From sequence record PZ445526.1: a stretch of 64,000 nt of DNA, one strand, 5' to 3'. Below, piece by piece: positions 1 through 9,723 of this stretch; the stretch's first letter is position 1; the number at the start of each line of letters is the position of its first letter. The position numbers and the translations under genes were made by a program. Source of the DNA: a phage. The notes under the pieces were generated by a model, which saw only the letters and a program-made list of their open reading frames with translations, was not told the origin of the DNA and did not search any database.

Positions 1-286
1 AATTCGAGTTAATTTCGCCTTTAGAAGATGCTACCTGCTGCCAAATCTTTGGTGTTTCACCTGGAATATCTTTAACAAACAAGCTCTTAGATTTATACCA
101 TTCAAGTTCGCGCTGAATGTATTCATCATTAAGAGCGCCAAAAATAAACGGTTCATCTGCTACAAATGATGCGCCAATAATTTCAATAGTTTTAACACCA
201 GTTTTATCAACTACGAAATCTTTTTCTTTTAATGCAAGCCCCAAATGAAGACGGATTTCTTCAACTGTCATAGAGTCACTAATCAT
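1..286 (-). CDS. 42: dCMP hydroxymethylase, N-terminal part (gene continues beyond window start)
   Basis: Minus-strand ATG at 284-286; translation MISDSMTVEEIRLHLGLALKEKDFVVDKTGVKTIEIIGASF... matches my recollection of the T4 gp42 N-terminus; partial. Confidence 0.8.
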   Translation of the reverse strand, partial: MISDSMTVEEIRLHLGLALKEKDFVVDKTGVKTIEIIGASFVADEPFIFGALNDEYIQRELEWYKSKSLFVKDIPGETPKIWQQVASSKGEINSN

Positions 287-439
287 TTAAACCTCAGTTG
301 ATACATTCATATTTAACTTGTAACAGTAATAAACCCCAACCTAAAATAATAGTTGGAATCATAAGAGGAACCGTTACACTATAGTATATACTTATTATAA
401 CCATCAAGATTAAAAGCAATGCTGCTATAATTTTGCTTT

Positions 440-691
440 TCATTCCTTCTCTCTGATGATAATTACCTGATTTGGCTGTGCAGACTTTTTAGTTTCACCT
501 GCAATTGACCAAATAAATGTAATAAACCAACCAATAATTGACCAGTTAAACAGTAAAGATGTGAAAAAGATTCCTACTGTCGATTTTGACCCACGCATCA
601 AGGCGATAAACCATGGAAGCATGTATATAATAATAGCCAACACGCCTGAAACTAAAACCATAAAAATTGAACCTGCTACTAAAGTTTCCAT
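440..691 (-). CDS. imm: Imm-like superinfection immunity membrane protein (83 aa)
   Basis: 83-aa ORF with two hydrophobic segments; size and position (between 42 and 43) as for T4 imm. Confidence 0.75.
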   Translation of the reverse strand: METLVAGSIFMVLVSGVLAIIIYMLPWFIALMRGSKSTVGIFFTSLLFNWSIIGWFITFIWSIAGETKKSAQPNQVIIIREKE

Positions 692-698
692 GTTTTCC

Positions 699-1079
699 TC
701 ACTTAGTCAAATTTTTTACACATGAATTATAAGAATTCACTACATACTCCATCGGAGCATTTTTACCGGTACGCCACTGGTAATTATTAGCCCAATTTGC
801 CCAAATTTCAGCGCAGTAGTTTTCAATTTTTTCTTCGCGTGTAATTACATCCGAATTACGATATGCTTGAGCAGATTCATCTGGACGAATAGCTTCGTCA
901 AAATTCGCCTGCATTTGTTCTACTGTCTGTTTTGGAGCTTCTTTATAACACTTTACATTAGGATTATAAAACTTGCTTGAACAGTTTACAATTTTTCCTA
1001 CATCAGACTGATTTACTACCGGTCCTTGAGCTACACAACCAGTAAGACCTAATGCAATAACCAAAATAGCGATTTTCAT
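699..1079 (-). CDS. small lipoprotein (signal peptide + lipobox LTGC), hypothetical
   Basis: ATG at 1077-1079 gives MKIAILVIALGLTGCVAQ...; the longer track ORF (to 1193) reads through the upstream promoter from a non-ATG start. Confidence 0.55.
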   Translation of the reverse strand: MKIAILVIALGLTGCVAQGPVVNQSDVGKIVNCSSKFYNPNVKCYKEAPKQTVEQMQANFDEAIRPDESAQAYRNSDVITREEKIENYCAEIWANWANNYQWRTGKNAPMEYVVNSYNSCVKNLTK

Positions 1080-1116
1080 TTCATTCTCCAAATCCGTATC
1101 AGTAGTTGATAGTTGT

Positions 1117-1146
1117 ATAGTACCATAGAAGAACAGGGATGTAAAC
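1117..1146 (-). promoter_or_regulatory. T4-type early promoter (-35 GTTTAC, 18-bp spacer, -10 TACTAT)
   Basis: Sense strand GTTTACATCCCTGTTCTTCTATGGTACTAT followed by the conserved leader ACAACTATCAACTACTGATACGGATTTGGAGAAT and the ATG at 1079. Confidence 0.6.
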
Positions 1147-1234
1147 AGTTTTGTGAAAAAAATTTTTAGGGAATCCAAAGGGTCCAGAATCATCTCTTTT
1201 TCATAAGTATAGATTTATATTACTTGTATGAAAA

Positions 1235-1252
1235 AGGGACCTGGAGGTCCCT
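1235..1252 (-). terminator. rho-independent terminator hairpin downstream of gene 43
   Basis: Inverted repeat AGGGACCUCCAGGUCCCU followed by a U-run in the minus-sense RNA, just after the gene 43 stop at 1265. Confidence 0.6.
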
Positions 1253-1264
1253 AGATTTATTCTA

Positions 1265-3961
1265 TCAGCCAAACAGGAAGTCTAACGAAGCTTTTTCTTC
1301 ATAGTCCATGCCAGCCGATTCACACATACCCGCAAGCGGTTTAACAAACGATTTTTGGAACAAAGTTGAGTGGTCAATCCAAGATAGCACATCAGAACGA
1401 ATTTCTTTTGGAAGTTCTGTACCCGATGGCCAAGCAATGCACTTGTCACCAAATGGATTTCCTTCACGTAATGGAAGAACCATTACTTTATTTCCATCCA
1501 AAATTGGAGCTACACCCAGACCACTAACAGCTCGACGATAAGTTAGCACACCGCGAATATGGAACGGGCATTTAAATCCTGGCCAACCTTTATCATCATA
1601 TTTCGCTATATCGTTCGCAGTTTTTACTTCAGCAATAACTTTATAGTCAAGTTGACGATATTCTTTCTCGAAGTTCTTGTAATATTCTTGGACAGACTCT
1701 TCACCTTCCTGAAGAATACGACGAATACTTTCTTCGAGAGCTTCTTGGACCGCTTTAGGCGTTGAACTCTGCTGAGTTTCCATACCCATGATTTTTAGAT
1801 GCGGTTCAGCAAATCGCTTATCTTCCATATCATATACGTTCAGAGCATAACGCTTTTTCGCTTTCCAAAATCCACCAACGCCCTTTGAACCAAGTGGAGG
1901 GCAAGAAATAGCTTCACGGTCCATATGCATCAGATGCTCGCGGTTATTCATATAATCACATAACTCACGATATGCAACATCAATCATAGGTTCCATCTTT
2001 TTCTTACCGAACTGATTCATGAATTCAACTAAATCGTTCTGCTCTTTGAATCGGTCAAGACCAACTTTTTCAATAACTTTATCTACACAAACATATACCG
2101 AATCAGTATCACCTGCTGCAATGAAATCTTCGCCATTAGTTCCGCATACTTTATTCAGATATTCATTAATTTTACGAGCAATCCACTGAATACCAACTTG
2201 GCCGAAAATTGTGATAGCAGTAGCATTTCGCAAATCATAGTAACGGAAATGAATATTACCAAGAGCACCATAAAGACTGTTAATAAGAATTTTACGGTTC
2301 AGCTGATTTGTATTAGCAAGTGTAGCCGCTTTTTCACATTCTTCAATCAAACTATTGAGAACAGATTCAGTATAATTCGATAGTTCATTTAAGAAATCAT
2401 CACTGAACTTAACATATCGTTCAACTTCAGGTTTAGTTGAACAAGACCCTGCGCCTTTCATAATAATCTTTTTAATAGCTTCGGCATTCATTTCTTCAGC
2501 GAACATTTTCTTTTTCCAATCTTTACGCTGGAAAAATACTTTAGCGATTTCCTTTGGAATGATACCTTCTTGATGCTTATCATACATCCATCCATTAGGA
2601 GAACAAGAATATTCATCACTCGGTTTAGGAGCTGTTCCTGCGATATATTCATGAATTGGATGAACTTTAAACTGACCACGAATAGTTTCAGGACTAATGT
2701 TAACCTGACGAATAATGCTCGGATACAGAGACGTCAAGTCAAAACTCATAATGTATCGACGTGCAATTGGTTTAGGTTCAAATACAAATGCACCCGGAAA
2801 ACTCTGTTTAACGTGCGAACCTTGTTGAGGAATAACCTTATGTTCACCTTTCAATGAGTTAAAAATAATAGCATCCCAAGTTTTAATAGGACTCATTACA
2901 CCAGAAAAAGGCATTTTAGCGTAATAAGACATACTTAAAACTAGATCGATAAACCCGCGAATTTTATCAATTGCTTGAACTGATTCTACGTCAATGATGT
3001 TATAACTAATGTATCGTTGATGATTAGTCTCACGAAGTTTATTAATAGGACCGTCGTATGGTAATTTACCTTTTTTGGTTTCATGTTGAGCAACTGATTC
3101 CAAAGAGAATGACGGCAAATTAGTAAAAGCAAATTTCTTGTACAAATCTAAATAATCAAGAATAGATACGCCATCAATAGAATAAATTTCTTTGCTGCCG
3201 TACATATTTTGAATTAGTTTAGATTTTACCCGACCGATTGGAGAGAAACGTTTCATACTGCGTTCGCCCAGAATCATTTTAACACGATTCATGATATACG
3301 GAACGTCAAACCCCTCAATATTCCAACCAGTAAAAATAGCAGGTCGTTTCTGTTCCCAGAGATTGATATATTCCATGAGCATATCACGCTCATTATCGAA
3401 TGGCATATAAATTACTCGGTCAAGAATTTCTTGAGGAACTTCATCACCACCTTCACAGTCAAGCTTAGCAGCTAACTTTGCATCCCATTTTGATACTGAA
3501 CCGTACATTGAATTCAAAAGGTCGAAAACATAAAAACGATCGTCAATTGAATCGTAATGAGTGATAGCATCAATTTCATATTCAGCTTTCATTGGGTCAG
3601 GAAATTTATCACCAGTAACCTCAATGTCACAGTTAGCTACACGAACAAATTTTCGGTCATAAACAATTTCTGAACCATATGTATCACTGATATAAGCGAG
3701 TTTAAAATCGTTCATACCGAGAGCTTCGAGACCGATGTCTTCCATTCGCTTCATCCAATCTCGAGCATCTTTCATTGATGGAAATTTTTGAGGAGCGCAG
3801 TTTTTACCATAGATGTCTTTGTATTTTGACTCTTCCTTACAATGCCTAAACATAGTTGGAAGATATTCTACTTCACGAGTACGTTCCTTTCCGTTTTCAT
3901 CAATATAACGTTCAACAATGTTATTTCCGACTGTTTCGATAGAGATATAAAATTCTTTCAT
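1265..3961 (-). CDS. 43: DNA polymerase (family B, with 3'-5' exonuclease)
   Basis: 898-aa ORF; exonuclease motif (ANCDIEVTG), polymerase motifs (SLYPSII, YGDTDS-like DTDSVYV); matches T4 gp43 in length and sequence as I recall it. Confidence 0.97.
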   Translation of the reverse strand: MKEFYISIETVGNNIVERYIDENGKERTREVEYLPTMFRHCKEESKYKDIYGKNCAPQKFPSMKDARDWMKRMEDIGLEALGMNDFKLAYISDTYGSEIVYDRKFVRVANCDIEVTGDKFPDPMKAEYEIDAITHYDSIDDRFYVFDLLNSMYGSVSKWDAKLAAKLDCEGGDEVPQEILDRVIYMPFDNERDMLMEYINLWEQKRPAIFTGWNIEGFDVPYIMNRVKMILGERSMKRFSPIGRVKSKLIQNMYGSKEIYSIDGVSILDYLDLYKKFAFTNLPSFSLESVAQHETKKGKLPYDGPINKLRETNHQRYISYNIIDVESVQAIDKIRGFIDLVLSMSYYAKMPFSGVMSPIKTWDAIIFNSLKGEHKVIPQQGSHVKQSFPGAFVFEPKPIARRYIMSFDLTSLYPSIIRQVNISPETIRGQFKVHPIHEYIAGTAPKPSDEYSCSPNGWMYDKHQEGIIPKEIAKVFFQRKDWKKKMFAEEMNAEAIKKIIMKGAGSCSTKPEVERYVKFSDDFLNELSNYTESVLNSLIEECEKAATLANTNQLNRKILINSLYGALGNIHFRYYDLRNATAITIFGQVGIQWIARKINEYLNKVCGTNGEDFIAAGDTDSVYVCVDKVIEKVGLDRFKEQNDLVEFMNQFGKKKMEPMIDVAYRELCDYMNNREHLMHMDREAISCPPLGSKGVGGFWKAKKRYALNVYDMEDKRFAEPHLKIMGMETQQSSTPKAVQEALEESIRRILQEGEESVQEYYKNFEKEYRQLDYKVIAEVKTANDIAKYDDKGWPGFKCPFHIRGVLTYRRAVSGLGVAPILDGNKVMVLPLREGNPFGDKCIAWPSGTELPKEIRSDVLSWIDHSTLFQKSFVKPLAGMCESAGMDYEEKASLDFLFG

Positions 3962-3998
3962 AGATATTCCTTAGTTTATAGCCCGAGTTATTAGGCTC
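3962..3998 (-). promoter_or_regulatory. gene 43 translational operator (hairpin plus Shine-Dalgarno) for autogenous repression
   Basis: Sense RNA GAGCCUAAUAACUCGGGCUAUAAACUAAGGAAUAUCUAUG directly 5' of the gene 43 ATG; identical to the T4 operator as I recall it. Confidence 0.7.
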
Positions 3999-4019
3999 TT
4001 GATATATTATACTCCAAAT

Positions 4020-4037
4020 AAGGGGCCGAAGCCCCTT
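4020..4037 (-). terminator. UUCG-tetraloop hairpin (terminator or RNA-stability element) upstream of gene 43 leader
   Basis: Minus-sense RNA AAGGGGCUUCGGCCCCUU; GC stem with UUCG loop followed by a U-rich tract. Confidence 0.55.
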
Positions 4038-4039
4038 GC

Positions 4040-4261
4040 TTAAATTAGTACTATTTGTCGGTGAAAAATTGTCATTCCATCTGCATTAATTGACTTAACG
4101 ACTGCGGTAAAGTGTTTTTGTTCTGGATGAATTAATTTTTGAAATTCTACCTGAAATTTTAGTTGAAGGTTTTCTGGTAAATCAAAAAGTGTTTCTGTTG
4201 CAGAAAGATTATATTTTTCTTTAAGAGACGCCATGTATTCTTGTGGAGTTATAGCAGTCAT
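4040..4261 (-). CDS. hypothetical small protein between regA and 43
   Basis: Track ORF 4040..4303; likely ATG start at 4261 (MTAITPQEYMASLK...) overlapping the regA stop; ends just before the hairpin at 4020. Confidence 0.35.
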   Translation of the reverse strand: MTAITPQEYMASLKEKYNLSATETLFDLPENLQLKFQVEFQKLIHPEQKHFTAVVKSINADGMTIFHRQIVLI

Positions 4262-4262
4262 A

Positions 4263-4631
4263 TTAATTACCAATCGTATATTTAGGAACGAGTTTCCATT
4301 CATGTTTTTGTTTAAAAGAGATAACTCGGAAGTTATTAGTTAAATCTTTCATAAAAGTTCTTTGACCGGGAACGATTTCAATCAGTCCCCAATCTTCTAA
4401 CAACCATGCAATCGAATCACGACGAACTTCATCTTCTTCTGTCATTTCAACTTGGCGACCATCCATACGAAGCATTTCTTTAAAATGAACGATATAGTAT
4501 AGTCCTTTTTTCTGAAGAATATGACAGGACTGATACAGAACTTTATCTTTATTATTAGCAATTCCCATACGAGTCAAAGTTTCTTTTACTTTCAGAAAAT
4601 CTTCAGGTTTTTTAAGAGTAATTTCAATCAT
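4263..4631 (-). CDS. regA: RegA translational repressor
   Basis: 122-aa ORF MIEITLKKPEDFLKVKETLTRMGIANN...; size, sequence and position (between 62 and 43) as for T4 RegA. Confidence 0.9.
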   Translation of the reverse strand: MIEITLKKPEDFLKVKETLTRMGIANNKDKVLYQSCHILQKKGLYYIVHFKEMLRMDGRQVEMTEEDEVRRDSIAWLLEDWGLIEIVPGQRTFMKDLTNNFRVISFKQKHEWKLVPKYTIGN

Positions 4632-4632
4632 T

Positions 4633-5196
4633 TTACCATTCCAATGCTAGTTTTTTGAGTTGTTTCTGTTCTTTTACGTTCTTAGTCACTTCTTTTAAAA
4701 AATCATCCGTGACTAAACCTTTTAGTTCTTTTAATACTAAAGGAAGTTTTCCATTTTTAGTAAGAATTGATTTATAGTTAATTGCATCATTTGTATTAAC
4801 TTGATACCGCTTAGCAAGTAACTTAATAATCAATACTTCGGTGGAATCTTCAACCAGTTTTGCCCATTTACCATATCTTTTACCACGAGGAACTGCAGCC
4901 ATCAGATAATTAAAATGAGCTTCATCACTTAAACCTGATCCAATTAAATTCATAGCATATACAGCTGGCATGCACTCTGGAAATTGTGATAATGCATTCT
5001 CAACCATGTATTTTGAATAATCTTTTTGAGCAATAGAGCATTTAGTTTTATTATTAATAGCTCCAATTATTTCAAAAAATTCATTTTCAGCTTTTTCTTT
5101 AAAAGAATCAGCAGCGGATTGGACAGCTGTCCAATCTTTTGAATACCAAGCAACTTGATGCTCGTTTAATTGAATATCATCTTCAAATAAGCTCAT
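4633..5196 (-). CDS. 62: clamp-loader small subunit
   Basis: Start at internal ATG ([18 protein letters not shown]...), 187 aa; overlaps gene 44 stop; T4 gp62-like. Confidence 0.85.
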   Translation of the reverse strand: MSLFEDDIQLNEHQVAWYSKDWTAVQSAADSFKEKAENEFFEIIGAINNKTKCSIAQKDYSKYMVENALSQFPECMPAVYAMNLIGSGLSDEAHFNYLMAAVPRGKRYGKWAKLVEDSTEVLIIKLLAKRYQVNTNDAINYKSILTKNGKLPLVLKELKGLVTDDFLKEVTKNVKEQKQLKKLALEW

Positions 5197-5197
5197 A

Positions 5198-6157
5198 TCA
5201 CTTCCACTGCATTTCACATGCCAATTGAATGAAAAGATATGCTAAATGTAATTCAGTATTAGCTGCAATACCATGATACTGATTATTTTCACCAACAATT
5301 TCATACATACGAATAATACTTTGCGGAGTTACACGTGAATAGATTTCTTCGGCAAGTTTACCCACGAACCACGAATAATCAGCTGCATATTTTGGTGCTA
5401 AAGCTCTGAGTTGTTTAACATCTTTATTTTTGAGAGACTCAAGAACATCATCAATAGCACCACGATCGTTAGTAACCAGTGATAAAATACCAGCATCCAA
5501 AACACCTTTAGATGAATAACTATCGAGTTCGCCAATAGTTTTACGAAAATCAGGAAAATTCTTTTTAACCAAAGCTGCTACAACTTTCATATCAGCTATA
5601 GCAATTCCTTCATGCTTACAGATTTCAGTCAATCGACGAATCATCTGCTTCATCATTTCAATTTTATCTTCATCGGTCGGTTGACCGAATGTAATAACTC
5701 GGCAGCGTGACTGAAGAGGTTTAATAATACCATCAATATTGTTAGCAGTAATAATAATACTACAGTTTGAACTATAAGCTTCCATAAAGGAACGAAGATG
5801 TCGCTGAGACTCTGCTAATCCTGAACGGTCAAATTCATCAATAACGATTACTTTTTGACGACCATCAAATGAAGCTGCACTGGCAAAATTAGTCAAAGGA
5901 CCACGAACGAAATCAATTTTACAGTCTGATCCATTCACAAACATCATATCAGCATTTACATCATGACACAATGCTTTCGCTACAGTTGTTTTACCTGTTC
6001 CTGGAGAAGGAGAATGAAGAATAATATGTGGAATCTTACCTTTACTTGTAATAGATTTAAAGGTTTCTTTATCAAAGGCGGGAAGAATACATTCATCGAT
6101 AGTAGATGGACGATATTTCTGTTCAAGAATGTGTTCTTTTTCATTTACGGTAATCAT
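5198..6157 (-). CDS. 44: clamp-loader ATPase (AAA+)
   Basis: Start at internal ATG ([17 protein letters not shown]...), 319 aa; Walker A SPGTGKTT, Walker [12 protein letters not shown] motif; T4 gp44-like. Confidence 0.92.
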
Positions 6158-6190
6158 AATTTCCTCATTCAAGTTTTAGTGTAAATTATA

Positions 6191-6207
6191 AAGGGCCGAA
6201 GCCCTTT
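6191..6207 (-). terminator. UUCG-tetraloop hairpin between genes 45 and 44
   Basis: Minus-sense AAAGGGCUUCGGCCCUUU followed by a U/A-rich tract, immediately after the gene 45 stop. Confidence 0.55.
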
Positions 6208-6208
6208 A

Positions 6209-6895
6209 TTAAAAATCGTGGGTAGAATCAGCTTCAAGAGCTACTACATAATTCGCATGTTCACCTTCAAATTTAGCAGCACCTTGTTTACCTTTTGCCC
6301 AGAGCAGAAGTTTATAATTTCCTGGTTGCATTTTCATATTTGCCATATTGATAATGAAATTAAATGTATTTTCACCATCATAATCACCAAGAGTCAAAGA
6401 ATATTTAACACGGGTCAGAGCAGAATCTTCTACTTTATTAAAACCGTTAATTACGATTTTACCTTCTTTTACCGTGATAGCAATTGTATCAATTTGCAGA
6501 CCACGAGATACACGCAACAGTTGTTGAAGGTCTTCAGCTTTAATTTCAGTAACAACAGATGCTACCGGGAATGGAATTGGTTTATTAGGAGCAACTACTG
6601 TGCTCGGATCGGCTGCTGGCCAAAAAATTGTTGAGCGGGCATCAGCAATTTTAATATTTCCATCTTCTGACTGGGAAATTTCTGCATCATCATTAACTAG
6701 AGACAGAATACCGAGAAAACCGTTCAAATCGTAAATTGCTACATCAAAATCAATAACGTCAGAAATATTTGCTTCCGCATAAGTTGTACCATTAACTGCG
6801 CGAGTCATAATAAATTGACCGGATTTAAGCATAATACCGGAGTTAATAGTAGCGAAATTTTTAAGCAGAGCAGTAGTATCTTTAGACAGTTTCAT
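6209..6895 (-). CDS. 45: sliding clamp (processivity factor)
   Basis: 228-aa ORF MKLSKDTTALLKNFATINSGIMLKSGQFIMTRAVNGTTY...; T4 gp45-like in size, sequence and position. Confidence 0.92.
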   Translation of the reverse strand: MKLSKDTTALLKNFATINSGIMLKSGQFIMTRAVNGTTYAEANISDVIDFDVAIYDLNGFLGILSLVNDDAEISQSEDGNIKIADARSTIFWPAADPSTVVAPNKPIPFPVASVVTEIKAEDLQQLLRVSRGLQIDTIAITVKEGKIVINGFNKVEDSALTRVKYSLTLGDYDGENTFNFIINMANMKMQPGNYKLLLWAKGKQGAAKFEGEHANYVVALEADSTHDF

Positions 6896-6924
6896 GTAAT
6901 TTCCTTCAATTCAAATGAGATTTA

Positions 6925-6950
6925 ATTTTATAACTAATTTAATAAAGCAA
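6925..6950 (-). promoter_or_regulatory. middle (MotA-dependent) promoter for gene 45
   Basis: Sense TTGCTTTA (MotA box) about 20 bp upstream of a TAAAAT -10, about 30 bp before the gene 45 ATG. Confidence 0.5.
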
Positions 6951-7340
6951 TTAACGATTAAAATCAGCCGCAATTGTTTCCGCAACAATTTGAGCAGCAA
7001 CAATTAAACGTTCATCTGCATTACCGCAATAATCATCTTCAAGGCGTTCACCACATGAAGTCATAATAAATTTAGCACCGGCGTTTAGGGATTCTGCAGT
7101 ATGTTTGCGCATTAGTTCAATCCATTTATTACTTACTTCACGATCGATAGCTTCATAATACGCATGACGAGCAGGTGCAGATTTAATTTTATTCTGAATA
7201 ACTTCCATTGCGTTATCAGAAAGAGACAAAACCCATGCTCGACGAATTTTATTTTGGTTTTGTGGATTTGATTCAGAACGCACGTGTTTTGGCTGAATAT
7301 CTTTTACATCAACAGTATAATTCACAGTAATTTTAGTCAT
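6951..7340 (-). CDS. rpbA: RNA polymerase-binding protein RpbA-like
   Basis: 129-aa ORF in the position of T4 rpbA, between 45 and 46. Confidence 0.65.
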   Translation of the reverse strand: MTKITVNYTVDVKDIQPKHVRSESNPQNQNKIRRAWVLSLSDNAMEVIQNKIKSAPARHAYYEAIDREVSNKWIELMRKHTAESLNAGAKFIMTSCGERLEDDYCGNADERLIVAAQIVAETIAADFNR

Positions 7341-7349
7341 AATACACCT

Positions 7350-7538
7350 TTAGTCATAATAATCAGTAACAGTCCAAGCTTCATTTCTATTGGACATTAT
7401 TTTTGTATATTCTGCTTTAAATGCATTCCTAAGCATAGATTCAGTAACTATATGCTCTTCATTAGAAAAATTATTTCTCAGAATATATCGTTTTATTTCA
7501 GGAATGGTTAATAGATGCTGTCCGGTTGAATATTCCAT
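7350..7538 (-). CDS. hypothetical small protein (45.2-like)
   Basis: 62-aa ORF tightly packed between rpbA and 46; a MotA-box-like TGCTTTA plus TATAAT lies just upstream. Confidence 0.5.
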   Translation of the reverse strand: MEYSTGQHLLTIPEIKRYILRNNFSNEEHIVTESMLRNAFKAEYTKIMSNRNEAWTVTDYYD

Positions 7539-7593
7539 GTTTTTCCTCCATAGAGATTATACTCTAATAAATTAAAGCATAATCTCTTATAAA

Positions 7594-9276
7594 TTAAACC
7601 ATTACAGTAAATCGACCAACTTTCTTCATTTGAAGATGCTGACCGTATGCTTGTGGGTCATGGTCTCTATGCGAAATAACAAAAACATTAGTATTTTTTA
7701 AACTATCTAAAATAGTTGAAATAGCTTTTACACCTTCAACGTCGGTCGCTGAATCAAAAACTTCATCAAGAATCAGTGTGTTTATTTTAACACCTGAAAC
7801 TTTTTCAGCAATATCACGCCAAGTAAATAAAAGAGCAATATCAATTCGCGCTTTTTCACCTTGACTAAATGAAGCATAACTAAAATCTTCACGACCACGG
7901 GATTTAATTGTCTCATTAAATTCTTCATCTAATGTAAACACATAATCCGCTTCCATTATTTTAAGATAATGGTTAATCTGCTTATTAAATAATGGAATGT
8001 ACTTTTTAATAATAGCACCTTTAATACCAGAATCTTTGAGCATATCAGTCAAAATTCCTCGGTGGTATTTTTCCATTACTAAATTAGTTTTTGTCTTAAC
8101 AATTTTATCAAGTTCTTCTTGAAGCAGTGCTATTTCATCAGCATGGTCAATAAACTCAGAAGATGCTTTTTCTATAGCTGCTTTAACTTTTTTAGCTTTA
8201 TCTACCGTCGTGATTAGAGATTGCTTTTTATTGCGAATATCATTTGCCAACGACTGTTGGGTTTTAATATTATCTCGGTATTCATCAACAAGAACTTTTA
8301 AATTATCACGATGTGTTGAAAGCTGTTCAAACGAATGCGTACATTCAGAAACTTTATCTTTAATTTTAGAAACAACTTTATCACCGGAACTTAATTGTGA
8401 CAAACAGGTTGGACATAATCCACCTTCGTGATACATATTAATGACTTTATTATACGAGTCAATTTTTGATTTAATTAAAACTGCTTCTTGACCGATTTTA
8501 TTAAATGCATCAGTCGGGTCTTCATCCAAAACAATATTAACTAATCTTTCATTAGCTTCTTCTATTTCCGATTTTAGCGTTCTAGCTTCCTTTGCCAAAT
8601 CGTCATACATATTCTGCAGACGAGTAAGGTTGTCACCAGACAATTTTTTCTGGCGTTCAACGTTATCATTATATATTTTAATTTGTTGGATAATACTATC
8701 TTTTTTAACATCAAGCACTTGGTTCTGCGAATTTAATTCACGTATTAGTGCTTTATTAAGCTTATCCATTTCAGCTAATGTTCCTACCTCGAGCAGGTCT
8801 TCCACAAGCTTTCTTCGCGCAGGGGTCGACAAACCCATGAAAGGGGTATACCCTGCTGTACCAAGGACAACAATCTGCTTGAAACTGGCATATGACATTC
8901 CGATAAGCTGTTCAAATTCTGCTTGGAAATCTTTACTGCTGGCAGATTCATTAAGACGTGTACCGTTAACGGTGATTTCGAAAACGTTTGGTTTTTGTCC
9001 TCTTTTGATATAGTACTTTTTCTCATCATATTCCATCCACAGTTCAACTAAAAGTTCTTTCTTATTTGTGCTGTTTATTAATTGACCTTTCTTTACATCA
9101 CGGAATGGCTTGCCAAAAAGCCCAAATGTGATGGCTTCTAACATAGTAGACTTACCACCGCCATTTCGTCCAGTAATAAGAGTTTTTTGAACCTTATCTA
9201 ATTGAATGTCAATAGGATTTCCACCTACTGACATTATATTTTGATACCTAACTCGGTTTAGTTTAAAATTCTTCAC
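7594..9276 (-). CDS. 46: recombination/repair nuclease subunit, Rad50/SbcC-like ATPase
   Basis: 560-aa ORF; N-terminal Walker A GRNGGGKST, central coiled coil with CxxC hook (CPTC), C-terminal signature/Walker B (LILDEVFD). Confidence 0.92.
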   Translation of the reverse strand: MKNFKLNRVRYQNIMSVGGNPIDIQLDKVQKTLITGRNGGGKSTMLEAITFGLFGKPFRDVKKGQLINSTNKKELLVELWMEYDEKKYYIKRGQKPNVFEITVNGTRLNESASSKDFQAEFEQLIGMSYASFKQIVVLGTAGYTPFMGLSTPARRKLVEDLLEVGTLAEMDKLNKALIRELNSQNQVLDVKKDSIIQQIKIYNDNVERQKKLSGDNLTRLQNMYDDLAKEARTLKSEIEEANERLVNIVLDEDPTDAFNKIGQEAVLIKSKIDSYNKVINMYHEGGLCPTCLSQLSSGDKVVSKIKDKVSECTHSFEQLSTHRDNLKVLVDEYRDNIKTQQSLANDIRNKKQSLITTVDKAKKVKAAIEKASSEFIDHADEIALLQEELDKIVKTKTNLVMEKYHRGILTDMLKDSGIKGAIIKKYIPLFNKQINHYLKIMEADYVFTLDEEFNETIKSRGREDFSYASFSQGEKARIDIALLFTWRDIAEKVSGVKINTLILDEVFDSATDVEGVKAISTILDSLKNTNVFVISHRDHDPQAYGQHLQMKKVGRFTVMV

Positions 9277-9488
9277 AAAAGATTCCTTTTAATGTATCTT
9301 TTAGACCATTCTATCATATCATCATAATCTAAAAAGTATTCATCAAATTCAGCCATGCAAACAACACCTTGTGCTGTTTTTGATGTAATATAAATTATTC
9401 CAACATATCTAGAATCTTCTTCGGTATAATCAATGTTTGCTATGAATTCATCATTAATGTCAAATGTCGAAAACTTCACAGTATGCAT
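9273..9488 (-). CDS. hypothetical small protein (46.1-like)
   Basis: Track ORF 9273..9536; probable ATG start at 9488 (MHTVKFSTFDINDEF...); overlaps the gene 46 start. Confidence 0.45.
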   Translation of the reverse strand: MHTVKFSTFDINDEFIANIDYTEEDSRYVGIIYITSKTAQGVVCMAEFDEYFLDYDDMIEWSKRYIKRNLL

Positions 9489-9723
9489 CCTTAATACAAG
9501 ATACAGCCATATCTCGTAATGATTTAGGTGTGTCATTATCTAAAATGTTGAAGTTAAAAGATACAGCCCAGTCAGTGCAGACCGTGACCTTTTTAATACA
9601 ATTATCTTCAACCTCTAACGGTTCAAACCAATATTCAATAATTTCTTTATGTCCAATATCATCTTTTACTTCGCATTCAAAATGCTGACTCATCATAACA
9701 TTTTTAAATTCATCAAAAGTCAT
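9460..9723 (-). CDS. hypothetical small protein (46.2-like)
   Basis: 87-aa ORF, ATGA-type overlap with the gene 47 stop. Confidence 0.5.
   Translation of the reverse strand: MTFDEFKNVMMSQHFECEVKDDIGHKEIIEYWFEPLEVEDNCIKKVTVCTDWAVSFNFNILDNDTPKSLRDMAVSCIKDAYCEVFDI

Noticed and set aside
1282-3000. Opposite-strand or out-of-frame track ORFs inside gene 43 (e.g. 1282..1467, 1308..1541, 1559..1765, 2198..2383, 2488..2679, 2570..2857)
   Set aside because: They lie wholly within the well-supported 898-aa polymerase gene and have low-complexity, AT-codon-driven sequences; the same applies to similar ORFs embedded in genes 44, 45, 46, a-gt, nrdD, 5, 7, 8, 9, 10 and 12.
4038-4075. MotA-box-like TTGCTTAAA on the plus strand near 4040, possibly a plus-strand middle promoter giving antisense RNA
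   Set aside because: The match is part of the flank of the UUCG hairpin and there is no good -10 at the right spacing or any plus-strand gene downstream; likely coincidental.
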